DNA of 64,000 bases from Euglena gracilis (lineage: Eukaryota): assembly GCA_039621445.1 (NCBI GenBank), contig CP154954.1, forward strand, positions 21,526,954 through 21,590,953. Reading direction: 5' to 3'. Below, piece after piece: positions 26,801 through 37,626 of this stretch; the first letter of the stretch is position 1; each line of letters starts with the position of its first letter. The position numbers and the translations under genes were made by a program. Under the pieces are notes generated by a model. The model did no database searches, was not told where the DNA came from, and saw only the letters and a program-made list of their open reading frames with translations.

Positions 26801-29800
26801 AAACCTAAAACCTGTTTAGGGTATTCGAGTAGGAGACCATCTGCCATCAAAGAAATGCAAGATTGACGTCATGTGGTCCGCATTGATGGGGAGGGGATCA
26901 AATGGTTGGCTGGGGCCACAGCCGCCCTCTGCCTGGCCATGAAAACTTTGTGGGAAGTCGCATTTTTGTTTTTTTTGCATATTTTGCATTTCCGATTTTT
27001 TTTCGGGCATTTGTAGGGGCAAATCTCCACTTTCAGGCAACTGGAAGTTGCACACGTCACGTTTTTTGACCAATTTCACATTACCAGTAGTCGCAAAATG
27101 AAATACAAGTGGATGCAACGAGGTGAACCAACCGTACCAGTTTACAAGGTTTCACCACATTTTCTTCTGGTGTTGCATTCTGGGGCAGGTGGAAATCTAG
27201 CAGAAAAGTGTGCACCCCGGAGATCCAAAAGGAATTTGCATGCAAGTTGCATTTTTTTGCATTTTTTTTTGCACTTTTGTTGCATTTTTTTACATTTTTT
27301 TTGCATTGCATATTTTTGAGGAGTGTTGCATATTCATAATATATTATTGTGATATTTTCCTTTTGTTTGAAACTTTTCTTTGGTGGAGAGGGTGTCTTCT
27401 GATTCCGATAAAAAAAAAACATAATTTTGGGACCTTCCACAGAATTCATTGAAAACTTTTGAAGGGGGGTAATGCAGATTTTTGCAGGTCGGCAGCGACC
27501 CTGCAGGGTTGGTCAGCAGCCCTGGTCGGGCCTGACCACACCATTGCTTAAGCCCCCCCCCCCCAACCCTGTGTGGGGTACTAATCTAACCTAACCAAAC
27601 TAGTGCCCAACTGGGGTTATTACATATGGTGGCCGACCGGCAATTATAACACCCACAGCTTTCTGTACCCAGCCGACGCCCAAGGGCAAACCTTCCAAAT
27701 GGGGATTGTGCATCCTCCAGACATCAAGGACCATTTTTGCATAATACAAAGACTCTTCCCGCTCATTTCCATCCACATCCCGCATCACCTCAGCGACCTG
27801 TTCAGCAGTTAGTCGCAAATGACCACTGTCAGGGCTGGTTAAAGCAGTAGATGAAAAAGAGCAGGAAAGTGCTTCATCCTGCCCTGGATGTTGCCCAAAA
27901 CAAAGTCCTGGATAATGCGGATCGCATCCTCTGTCAAACCCACATCATCACATTCAGGGTACTCCTCGCCACCAGGAATGTTGACACTCACCTCCTCTCC
28001 TGAGAGCAGGAAAACATCATTTCAACAACAATTACAACAACGCATGGTATATCTGCAAAACATGGTGGAACCCAAGAAGGTGACAAAGACAATTTCTGCA
28101 CTTTCACCGCTGACCTGGGACCAGACATTTTTTTTTGCTGTCCCTGGGGGCAACAAAAAAAAGGCTGCATGGAGGCGACCAGCCCATAAATGACACCCCC
28201 AACACCCTGAAAACCCCCCAGGGAGTGTCATTTATGGGGTGCCATTCATGGGGGGGGTCCAATTTTCAAAGGAAAATTTCTTGGGCGCCACCGGCGGCCG
28301 AAAAAAAATCCGATCCCGGAAGGGGAAGTGTCACTTACGGGGGGGGGGATTTATGGGGGGGTCACTGAGCTCTGAGCTTACCACTTACTTAGAAAAGGGG
28401 AGAACCCCCACACTCGTTTTTTTTTCTCTTGGGAAAACATTGTTTCCGGAAATGTCCATAAGACGAAATGTACCCCTGGAGGCCCTCTATCGCCCCCCCG
28501 TTCGCCGTTTTGGCCGCCGACACGCCTGGCCCGTGTTTCGGCGCGATTTTGTGGCCCAAAACGGCCATTTTGGTGTTTTTTGGAGGGGGGACATTTTTGA
28601 TCAAAAATCGGGTTTCCAAAATATCTCGACAATGAAGCAAAATCAAAGAAAATTCCCGGAGAGCAAAAAATGAAGCCCTTGGAATGCCCTATCCAACCAT
28701 GCTTTGCTTTCCCCCCAACTCTGCGTGTAGCCCGAGTTACGGACATTTTTCGGCCAATTTCAGCCCATTCCATTTCAGGGGCCATTTTGGGCTGTTTTCA
28801 GAGTCAAAAAATCGATGTTTTCAAAATATCTCAAACACAAAGCATTTTGGGGCAATCTCCAAATTGGTGGGGAATCAAAGGAAAGGGGACCTAAATAAAG
28901 CCCCTGGACTGCTGCCAGGGCCAGTTGCGCACCTGGGACGGGGCCGGCAGACCGGGCCAGGCCAGGAAGTATGCCTGGCAGCCGGCCGGGCCGGGCTGCG
29001 CCGCTTCCTCCAGTTTGCGAAATTGGGTTGGGTTGGGCCGGGCCGGGCCACCAGGTTGGGCCGAATGTTCGACCTGGGGCACATACCTCAAACATTTGCT
29101 GCGGCATGGCACCATCAGGCATGTAAAGAGCTCAGCACTACACAAAACCTGGTACAGTCCCTGGGCGTAAATCCCCCCCCCCGAAAATTCCCCCCTCCTG
29201 AAGTTTCGGTAGGGCTGTTTCGATTAATCGATTAATCGATTAATCGTTCGTCATCGCCGATTAATCGAATCGTTCGGCCCATGGCGATTAACCGTTCATT
29301 GTGGATGTCAACCACAATAGGCACAATATTTGTTGAAATCAACAAAAATTTGTGGAGTAGTCAGTCAGATAGCACATTACTTGCTGGTACACCATGAAAA
29401 CGGTTGTTAAAAGTGGCCAACAAGTCAGCGAACGTGCCAGTGAAACATCGCGCGATTCTGATTAAAATACAGCAGTTCCTAATAAGCTTCGTTCTGCCAT
29501 GTCGACAGAGAATGAAACAAAAATTCGTCAGCAGGCACACAAAGAAATGGTCTAGGTTCGATATTAGAATTTCTCAGGCAGATTTCATCATCAAAAATCG
29601 GAAGGGACCAATTAATTGTTAATCGTCCGAGACACCCCGATTAATCGAGATTAATCGTTCGCCAGCCCGAAACGATTAATTGGCACAACCCTAGTTTCGG
29701 AATTTCCCTGGATTTGCAAAAGGCTCTAAAAACGTGTTCAGCCCGCCAAATGCCTGCCCTGAAATTCGTGGTAATGAACACGTTTTCAATGAGGGCATCT

Positions 29801-32800
29801 GTGGCAATGACACGTTTTCAATTAAGGCATCTGTGGTTAGGCACGTTTTCAATGAGGGCATCTGTGGCAATGACACGTTTTCGATTAAGGCATCTGTGTT
29901 CAGGCACGTTTTCCATTAGGGCATCTGTGGCAACCCTGAGTAAAAAGCAAAAAACGCTGTCGCGAAAAATCAGCGGGCGGTTGCGAGGCCGGGTGGTCCT
30001 CAACGAGTGAGGCGGGTCGGGGGCACTCTACAACACAACAGAAGGCTAGGTTGCCTGGGAGCACAACGACACGGAGTGGCGGACATCACGGAACACGACA
30101 CGCTTTACACAAAAAAGAGGCATACTTTGGTGGCCGCCGCAAATCTTGGCAATGAAAATGATATGCCAAACCGCAGGCGTCACACACAACTTTGTTCAGC
30201 TCCACACAATTTGGATTTTTGGGAATGGCAAAGAAGAAAAGAGGTTGCAGAACGATTCCCTGAAACGAACAAAGTTCCCGACTGCTGCTCACGTTGAGCC
30301 ACACATTGTTCAATGACGCTCGCCTCATCGAACAACAGGCTGGGTTCCAGCTCCCATCCCGTCCAGGCAAAGAAAGGCAAAGAAAGCATCCAGCTCAGGA
30401 TAAGAGGCTTGCCGATGTTGACACAGTTTGGCGAACTCCAAACAGTTGGCAACAGCAGCAAGCTCTGCACCTACGGAGCCGGACTTTTTCTTTGTGTTGC
30501 CCTGTGCCAGCAAGGTGCCATGAAGGGGGTCAACCTTCGGCTTCTTGGTATCTTGCTGGTATACCGCGAGAGCAGCCAGGAACAGTTCCGTCCTCGGGGG
30601 CGGTGGCAAAAGACCATTCACAAAGTTAGCCGTGCGTTTAGCCATAGTGGGAAGGCTGCGGAAAAGGGGGGGGGTGACACGTTTTCAATGAGGGCATCTG
30701 TGGCAATGACACGTTTTCAATTAAGGCATCTGTGGTTAGGCACGTTTTCAAACAAATTGTGGCTGAGCCCAGATTTCAGCCTGAAAACGTGTTCAGGGGG
30801 CCCCCGAAGGGGGCCCCTGGCTGAACACGTTTTCAGGCTGAAATATGGGCTCAGCCACAATTTGTGTGTAGAAACGGTTGAAAATCCCCCCCTTCAGTCC
30901 CAGAGGAACGGCAAAGGCAGGTGGGTTGGGACTTTCTTTTTATACATGCAGCAGCACAGCTTCACCACTTGCATGACCCCCGGGTCGAGGACTTGGCATC
31001 TTTTGGTCTTTTTGTACATTGAACCACCCTCGGCCTGTATCTTTATGTGTGCCCTGCCTCCGGTTCAAGATCTTTTGCCGGTTGCCCACCGCCCTGAACA
31101 GAGGTGTTCGGGAATATGCCATAACAACCCCACAACATACAGCCAATGAATTCCGAATGCCGGCAGGCTTCATGGCTTCAAAGAATAGAAGAGACTGTGG
31201 AGGAACGGGGTCCGAAACGGCCGAAAATCCCCCCCCCCCAGTCAAGAGCCCAAAAAACCTTCCCTGGGGGGAAATTTACGCCCAGGGACTGTACTAACCC
31301 CCCCCCCCCCTAATAGAAGCACGGGTGCGCTTATAGGGGACCGCCGCCTCCGGCGGCGGGCTTCTATTTGGACCCTACCTGCGCGATTTTTGTTGATTTG
31401 CTTTGGAAATCCCATCAAAATGGGGGGTGGCTTGTAGCGGGGGGTGCGCTTTTATTTGGGCCCTGCGCTTGTAGCGGCCCCGTGCTTCTATTAGGGGGGG
31501 GGGTTAACCCCGATTGAACACCCCCCCCCCCCACTGAGGTCCAGACAAGGGCCAGCCCACGAACCAAGCAAAGATCCAAAATAATTAAAATTCTGCTTAT
31601 TGATTAATATCAATGAGCAGATTTGGCAAAAGTGGCCACAATGCGAACAACTCAAGTGGCTTTTGCATCCGTTTTTTGCAGCCATTTTGACCAATCTTGA
31701 CGCCCCTTTCTTCGGTTCTACGGGGTTCAGGGAGCACTTTGGGCTCCGTGCGGAAAATCGCGGGTGACCAAATTGCGGGTCGGGCCGACCTGGTCGGCCC
31801 GACCTATGGTCGGCCCGACCTGTGTGGGTGGCTTATCGACCTGTGTGGGTCGGACCGACCAGGTCGGGCCGACCCACAATATTCCGCCCCCCCCCCCCTT
31901 CTGGAGATTTAAGCCCCCCCCCCCGAAAAAATTTTTTGTCCAAATCACCCCAAAACCAGTCAAAACCCTCCAGAACCCCCCAATCGGGGGTGAATATGCA
32001 AAAACATGGGGGGAAAATGCCCATTTTGGGCCACTTCGGCCCTTGGTCGTCTAATGGGGGGGGGCTCCCCCCTCCGCTCCCCCCCCGCCCCCCAATAACA
32101 AAATCCCTTTGCTGCCGGACCGTTTTGTGTGCATGCGCAACCAGACACCCATTGTCGGAGGGCGCCTTCGGCGCCCTTGGTCGTCTAGCAGGGGGGGGGG
32201 GCTGCCGCCCCCCCCCCTTCCGCCCCCCCCCGCCCCCCAATAGCAAAATCCCTTTGCTGCCGGACCGTTGTGTGTGCATGCGCAACCGGACACCCATTGT
32301 CGGAGGGCGCCTTCGGCGCCCTTGGTCGTCTAGCGCGGGGGGGGGGGGGGGGCCGCCCCCCCCCCCCCCCCCCCACCCCCCCCCCAATAACAAAATCCCT
32401 TTGCTGCCGGACCGTTTTGTGTGCATGCGCAACCGGACACCCATTGTCGGAGGGCGCCTTTGGCGCCCTTGGTCGTCTAGCGGGGGGGGGGGGGCTGCCC
32501 CCCCCCCCCCCCCCCCCCCGCGCCCCCCGGGCGTGTGGGGAATTCGGGGGGGGGGGTTCAATTAGGGGGGGGGGAGGTGGTAATTGTCAATTAACCGTAG
32601 TTAACCAGGCTCCTCAATCAATTAACCGATTGATGGTGTGCACAAATGGGGAGCAGAAAACGTCCATGGGACATGTTTATTTCCCAACAATGTCAAAAGA
32701 CCCGCGCATGGCGGTAGGCTGCGGGGGGGGGGGGGTAGTGGGTAGTCGGCCGACTCGTCGGCCAACCACCTAAGTGGTCGGCAGAGTAGTCGGCCGACTA

Positions 32801-35800
32801 GTTGGCCGACTACCCAACTGGTCGGCCGACTAGGCCTGGTCGGTATGAGGACAGCCAGCGAGTTGAGTTCGACAAATTTGCATGAACGTCCACATTGCCA
32901 CAAGAGGAAGTCAATGGTTCTACAGGCGTTCCCCTGCGACTCGTACCTGTGTGTAGCGATGTGCGCAGCTCCACAAACTCTCTAGACCCTGTGCCGACAC
33001 CAGCCGTATCTTCTGACCTTGTTTTGTGCTTTCCCTGTCCATCAGTGACCCAAAGTAGGCCAAAAATAGGTGTGGATCGACCTGTTTTGCCGCGGATCGA
33101 CTAACAGACAAATACCGTTATTTCCCCGTTTGAAGCAGGTAGCCATTCCACAGGCTTTCAATCATTTCAAGCTCTTGCATGGAGATTTGCGAAACCGGCC
33201 ATTGGAGCAGTCTGTGCATGCTCTGATGTTTGTTTGGATGAACATGGGTGCCAAACGGCAGACTGGGGGGGTAGTGGGTACCATGCCCCCCCCCCCGAGC
33301 TGTCCCCCCCGAGAAATTTCCCATTGGGGGGACGGGAATAGCTCACTGTCATAGCACTTTTTACAAAGAACTTCCCAAAAAAGTGCTCAAAAATCGACGT
33401 TTTTGGGACGTTTTCAAAATTTGATTTTGGCAAATGTGCTTAAAATTGACCATTTTTTGCGAACATGCAAAAAAAAATTGCCAAAAATGACCCCTTTTGG
33501 ACTGCCCGAGGGTCGGGTATGGGAATAGCTCGGGGGGGGGGGACGTAGGCCGTAAAGGGTCCCGGGGACGGAAAGAGCTGGGGGGGGGGGGGGCGACAAG
33601 TCGGCCGACTACCCAATTGGTCGGCCGACTAGGCCTAGTCGGTAGCTAGTCGGCGAGACGGGGTGGGGGGGGGGTGGGTAGTCGGCTGACCAGTCAGCCG
33701 ACTACCCACTCCAATGTACTAACGGGTCAAGTTTGCCGACTTTCAAGCCCCCACCCCTCTACTACAAAAAAGAGGTGGCGGACGCCGGTTCTGTCCAAAG
33801 CCCGGCGTTCCGGACGCCGGTTCCGTCCTTCGGAAGGTTCCGTTCCGAAGGACGGAACCGGCGTCCGGAACGCCGGGCTTTGGACAGAACCGGCGTCCGC
33901 CACCTCTTGTTTAAGCCGGCGTTTTAGAGACGCCGGGTTCAGGACAGAACCGGCGTCCCCAACCTTCGGCCAAAGGACACTCCCAGGACCAATCTCCGAC
34001 CACTGATCTGCAATGTCACACCACTTTGCACTTCACCAAATTCCGGCGATCGCGAGGGTATTTCTGGCTGTGTCAATCGTCCAGGTATAAAATCACCCCT
34101 CGATCGAAAGCTCTTTTCATCAGACGACCGGCGATCACCACCAAATTCAGCCACACCGCCTGGAGCTCTTATTTTCTGTCACTGGGGAATCCTAATTTCA
34201 CAACTCTGGTGCCCCCCCAAGGCCCCCAGGTCGTTGATTCGAAGAGAAAAAACGTTTCTGTAGGGTTTATCCAGCATCTTAAACCAAAAGTCACTGAAAA
34301 TTGCCACAAGTTTCGACTCAGATTCTGGCCGATCCGACCATCGCGAGCGTATCTCGGGCTGCGTGCAACGTTAGGGTACCAAGTTACCCCTCGATCGAAA
34401 GCTCTTTTCAACAGACGACTAGCGGTGCTCATCAGATCTTTCCACGCTGCACGGTACTCTATTTCCAAATCTGGGCCGATTTTCACCAATTTTGGATATC
34501 CACCCCACTGGTCCCCAGATGGCAAAATTCATTGTCCTTGATGGTTGAAACACTCATACCAGCACCTTAGGGCCACTTTTGGGCACTTTTGGTGACATTT
34601 TTAGGAATGAAAACCGGACGCCGGGCTTTGGACAAAACCGGCGTTCCTAACGCCGGGCTTTAGGACAGAACCGGCGTCCGGAAAGCCCGTGGGGGGGGGG
34701 GGACGCCGGTTCTGTCCTGAACCCGGCGTCTCAAACGCCGGCTTAAAGAAATTATTGTCCAAATCATCCCAAAACCAACGGAAACCCACGAACCCACCAA
34801 TCGGGGGTGAATATGCAAAAATTCGGAAGAAAGATCTCCTTTTTTTAGCCATTTTAGCAAAATTTTACCCCTGCCCATGATATTTTCCATGCGGTGGCAA
34901 GGAAAACCCAGTCAAAATGATCAACAAAAAAGAGAACTTAGCCCCCCAAAGAATTTTGCCAAAATTAAGGGATTTTGTTATTTAAGGGGGGGTGCATGGG
35001 GGGGGGCGGTAGCCCCCCCCCCCCCTGGATGCACTTTGGCTTCTATCTGGTTTAAGGCCCGGCGCTGCATTCCGCTTCTGGCCCTTTCTTCGGAGCAACT
35101 CCCAATAATTGTCCGACCCCATATTCACTGGGACTTCAAACTTCCCCCCCTCCCCCCCCGAGGAGGCCTTAGGCCGACTAAGTTCGCACTCGATCAACTG
35201 GAGGTCCCCCCCGCCCATGTCAAAACAGCCAACGGAAAAGGATTTTGCCCCCCAAGTATTTTGCCAACATAAAGGGATTTTGCTATTTGAGGGGGGGGTG
35301 CGGGGGGGGGGGCGGCAGCACCCCCCTCCCGCGAGGAGGCCGTAGGCCGACTAAGTTCGCACGAATATACTTTGCCCTACTCTAAATTGTCATTTTCACT
35401 TCAAAAAAAGCCCAAACTGAGGCCCGGGTGGGGTTGGATTGGGGAGTTTTCTGCCTCTCAAGATGCAAACACTCTCATTTGTAAAGTTCATGCAAACCTT
35501 GTGTATCTGTGGCAATCTGCAGTCCCACCAACCCAAAATTGACCCCCCACCAACCAGGCATTTTCATCTGTGGGTGATCACACTGGTGCAGAGTACTCAT
35601 TTGGCCCCGTAGACCATTTCTGGGTGATTTGGGCAAGCCAGAGACCATTTTTATGTTCGCTGACTAGTCTGCTTAGGGATTTGTTCACAGGGGGGGGGCT
35701 TAAAAGTCGGCGGTTTTGACTCGTTAGCACATTAGAGTGGGTATTTCGCCGACTAGTCGGCCGACTACCCACTACCCCCCCCCCATCTCGCCGACTAGCT

Positions 35801-37394
35801 ATAATCCATAAAAGCCCAAAATTGGCCCAAAAAGCCCAAAATTTCTGTTGTACTGAGCGAACGAAGACATAAAAGCTGCAGGGAAGTGGGGGGTAGATTT
35901 GGCCTGGGGGGGGGGGTTGTGGGCAGACCCTAGGGTCGCCAAAGGTCGCCATGGTCGCCAAAGGTCGCCATGGTCGCCAAAGGTCGTGGGCAGGTCGATG
36001 TCAAAAAATGCGCTCCACGGCAAATTAGCGCAACATACGCACAAAAGGTGTTGCACACACAAGGGATTTTTTTTTTTAGGGCCCTGGAACAGTTGCCTAC
36101 GCCGCTACAATGCAAAAAAGACTGAGTAGGAAATACCCATAGCGACCTTTGGCGACCTTTGGCGACCGTGGGCAGACCCTAGGGTCTGCCCACAACCCCC
36201 CCCCCCCAGGCCAGATCCGGGAGCCGCAGGGAAGTGATAGGATTGGAGGGGCAGATGGTCTGCCAGTGATCACCGATGGCAGTTAGGATAGCCGTGAACT
36301 TCCGTCATCATAGCCGGTTTCCTAACCGTAATTGGTGTGGATCGACTGACAGACTTGATGCACTGCCGTGGATCGACAAGTACCGAAATAACCCCCTGCC
36401 TATCACAATAATCACCATTGTATATGGTGTGGATTATCCTTTTTGGGCCTGAACGATCCTGTTCGGGGGTTGCGAACGAATAATCACTAGTCAACTAGTC
36501 GTCGCAACCTTGGGGTGAAAAAGAAAAACAAAGTCCCATTTCCAAGACAAGCAAAACCCTGGTGGCAAGGTGCGGCCAGGCTGCTTCTGGTCGGCGTGTG
36601 CCGCAACAGGTTTACCCCCCCTATTGTCCCTGAGCCCCAGCCGATGGAGGGTTTTTTGGCCGGGCCAAAAAATTCTCTTTGGCACGCTCGCATTGTCCCG
36701 CACCTTGCAAGAAACCCAGAGGCGGCAGTTGGAGAAAAGGGGGATAAAAGCCGCTGACCCCTTTGTCATGCAAGGCTGCCCACCCAGAACAGGGAAATGG
36801 GGTGATTTGCCTGAAGGGCAAAAACTCCAAAAGTGCGACCCAAAAGGGGGCGGGGTTCTGCCGCGTAACAGACAAGTACCGACTTTGGTACTTGTTCGCT
36901 AAGCGACCCCCACCGAAATCTTTCTAAGTTATTGAAGGAGTGGGGTTAGGGTTACAATTCAGGTCAGAAGTTAGGCCAAATTTCTGGCCTGACTTTGGTC
37001 CTAACAAGTACCCCGACTTTGCCCTTCCAACTTGAATTGAGTTGAGTTAAAATGAAAAAAATGAAAATTGAAAAAGAACACAAATCAAAGGTCCAACATC
37101 CCTTGTGTCCCCCCAATTGCAGAAGAATTGCAAAAAAAATCCGTGTTTCTTGGTGTTACACGGGAAGATTAGACCCAAAAAAGTCCTCCCCCCCCCAAGG
37201 CCAAGGGGAGCGCCACCAGGAGAGCAAAAAAATGAAATGTGGCTGTGGCTTGGCACACCTTGTTCTCCTTCTTGCAAAAAATTTTCTTCATATTGCGGTT
37301 CGTACTGTCCCTCATAATACTGTTCACCTGTGGAGGAAAGAGGATGAATTTTCATCACAAAAGAACTTAAATCACCTTGTTCTTCGTGCGACAT
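9277..37394 (-). CDS. Gene A: multi-exon hypothetical protein with four copies of an unrecognised ~80-aa domain and an E/P/V/A-rich linker (3' end not found)
   Basis: Frame-consistent exons: 37394-37376, 37327-37259, 27999-27890, 27824-27692, 24531-24481, 24379-24053, (19941-19855?), 19226-19058, 18404-18322, 17487-17423, 17364-17220, 16901-16763, 16133-16024, 12236-12159, 11699-11592, 11143-11003, then tentative 9572-9523, 9483-9456, 9348-9277. Could instead be two tandem paralogs split near 19-24 kb. Confidence 0.7.
11003..11699 (-). CDS. Gene A domain copy 4
   Basis: GGATLVIPLESDYPSFDRSGLTDDAIRIIREFVTDTG|SLGITPELVAAQMVDFMGNTSPESLSIAASVLAVWRSRNPSLP; internal intron 11144-11591 gatCATgctgt...acagcATGggtca. 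Confidence 0.8.
12037..12120. repeat. Short direct duplication (~43 bp x2)
   Basis: aattagctcggaattagctcggaatcaggaagagcaggggt repeated. Confidence 0.8.
13593..13845. repeat. 38-bp minisatellite, ~7 copies
   Basis: cggtccaccgcggccgtcg(t/a)cctgtcgttgttctct(c/t)t at 13593, 13631, 13669, 13707, 13745, 13783, 13821; no spacers. Confidence 0.9.
16024..16901 (-). CDS. Gene A domain copy 3
   Basis: GQVVVTMPADDDYPPFDRAGILSSAVRAVRNFALQTGTLALTVDQIV|ASLPEFQGSQAGEVRAAAAAVLDAFRKRNPDLP; internal intron 16134-16762 ggcCAGggtgtcg...cgatccCTGccccg. Confidence 0.8.
16164..16441. mobile_element. hAT-like MITE (278 bp)
   Basis: Termini caggggttttttt / aaaaaaatccctg; 8-bp TSD ccccccac. Confidence 0.8.
16466..16723. 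mobile_element. hAT-like MITE (258 bp)
   Basis: Termini caggggtttttttt / aaaaataacccttg; 8-bp TSD gcaggggc. Confidence 0.8.
17719..17832. repeat. (CA)n microsatellite
   Basis: Direct reading. Confidence 0.95.
18322..19226 (-). CDS. Gene A domain copy 2
   Basis: GYSAFRFKVPLRDEYPFYNEMVDFASRLLENFVVANGNLKIAHHDLGKSLLEPDA(K/R)|AGKLTVKAADLADMVLEVWRRQNPHLE; internal intron ~18405-19057 ggaCAGgg...ccCTGtcttt. Confidence 0.75.
19429..19679. mobile_element. hAT-like MITE
   Basis: Termini caggcttcttttt / aaaaaaacagcctg; imperfect TSD ataaaatg / ataaatgg. Confidence 0.6.
20588..22329 (-). mobile_element. hAT-like non-autonomous element (1742 bp) nested in another repeat
   Basis: 21-bp TIR cagacattcatttagtgtggt; 8-bp TSD ggtcgggc; subterminal ~33-bp repeats ggtgtccacaggtgaaccac at both ends. 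Confidence 0.85.
22583..22690. repeat. Interstitial telomere-like (CCCTAA)n, degenerate
   Basis: ctaaccctaaccctaacc runs with variants. Confidence 0.8.
22768..22918. mobile_element. Foldback/MITE-like palindrome
   Basis: Arms cccaaagagccgcccaactagggttaa / ttaaccctagttgggcggctctttggg around a central ggcgcctttggcgcc. Confidence 0.65.
24053..24531 (-). CDS. Gene A low-complexity exons (AEPEP-like repeats)
   Basis: Exons 24531-24481 (51 nt) and 24379-24053 (327 nt), both phase 1-1 with GT-AG borders; ...VAEPEPEYVIRAEPAHVVEPEPAYASRAEPARVAEPEP... Confidence 0.8.
26556..26713. mobile_element. MITE with TA target (Tc1/mariner-like)
   Basis: ta|ccatgcccccccccccatataag ... cttatatggggggggggggcatgg|ta. 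Confidence 0.7.
27692..27999 (-). CDS. Gene A domain copy 1
   Basis: GEEVSVNIPGGEEYPECDDVGLTEDAIRIIQDFVLGN|GHLRLTAEQVAEVMRDVDGNEREESLYYAKMVLDVWRMHNPHLE; AG/GT outer borders; internal intron 27825-27889 atcCAGggc...gccCTGacagt. Confidence 0.8.
29210..29693. mobile_element. hAT-like MITE (TAGGG termini)
   Basis: tagggctgtttcgattaatcg / cgattaattggcacaacccta; TSD (a)gtttcgg; cgattaat subterminal repeats. Confidence 0.75.
29727..30871 (-). mobile_element. PHD-fragment-bearing repeat element, copy 1 (internally deleted)
   Basis: Inverted near-identical copy of 44375-45921; flanking ccacagatgcc 29/32-bp repeats; long terminal hairpin 30752-30865. Confidence 0.75.
31298..31503. mobile_element. MITE, possibly piggyBac-like
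   Basis: C-run+taatagaagcacggg / cccgtgcttctatta+G-run; flanks ctaa / ttaa. Confidence 0.55.
32040..32520. repeat. ~135-147-bp tandem repeat, 3+ copies
   Basis: cccttggtcgtcta...aaaatccctttgctgccggaccg...gagggcgccttcggcg repeated, with variable G/C runs. Confidence 0.85.
37259..37394 (-). CDS. Gene A exons 1-2 (MSHEEQ|GEQYYEGQYEPQYEENFLQEGEQ)
   Basis: ATG lies 9 nt after a ttttttAG acceptor (37404-37405, possible trans-splice site); 48-nt GT-AG intron at 37328-37375; GT donor at 37258. Confidence 0.7.
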
Positions 37395-37499
37395 GACAGG
37401 GTACTAAAAAATGAGGGTGCTCTCTGATCAATCTGGAAGGTGATCAATGAAGCTGAATGTCCAAACCCCACGCCCACGCCCACCCACCCACCCACCCAC

Positions 37500-37558
37500 C
37501 CACAACACACAACAACACAACACAACACAACACAACACAACACAACAGAACAGAACAC

Positions 37559-37626
<68 letters not shown>
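37500..37626. repeat. Compound microsatellite (CACAA)n(CA)n(GA)n
   Basis: Direct reading. Confidence 0.9.

Noticed and set aside
29770-29935. CRISPR-like 29/32-bp repeats (also 45711-45870)
   Set aside because: Contiguous alternating units without spacers; subterminal repeats of an element
31822-32773. Long Pro/Gly-rich ORFs
   Set aside because: Arise from a tandem repeat with G/C homopolymers, whose lengths may also be error-prone
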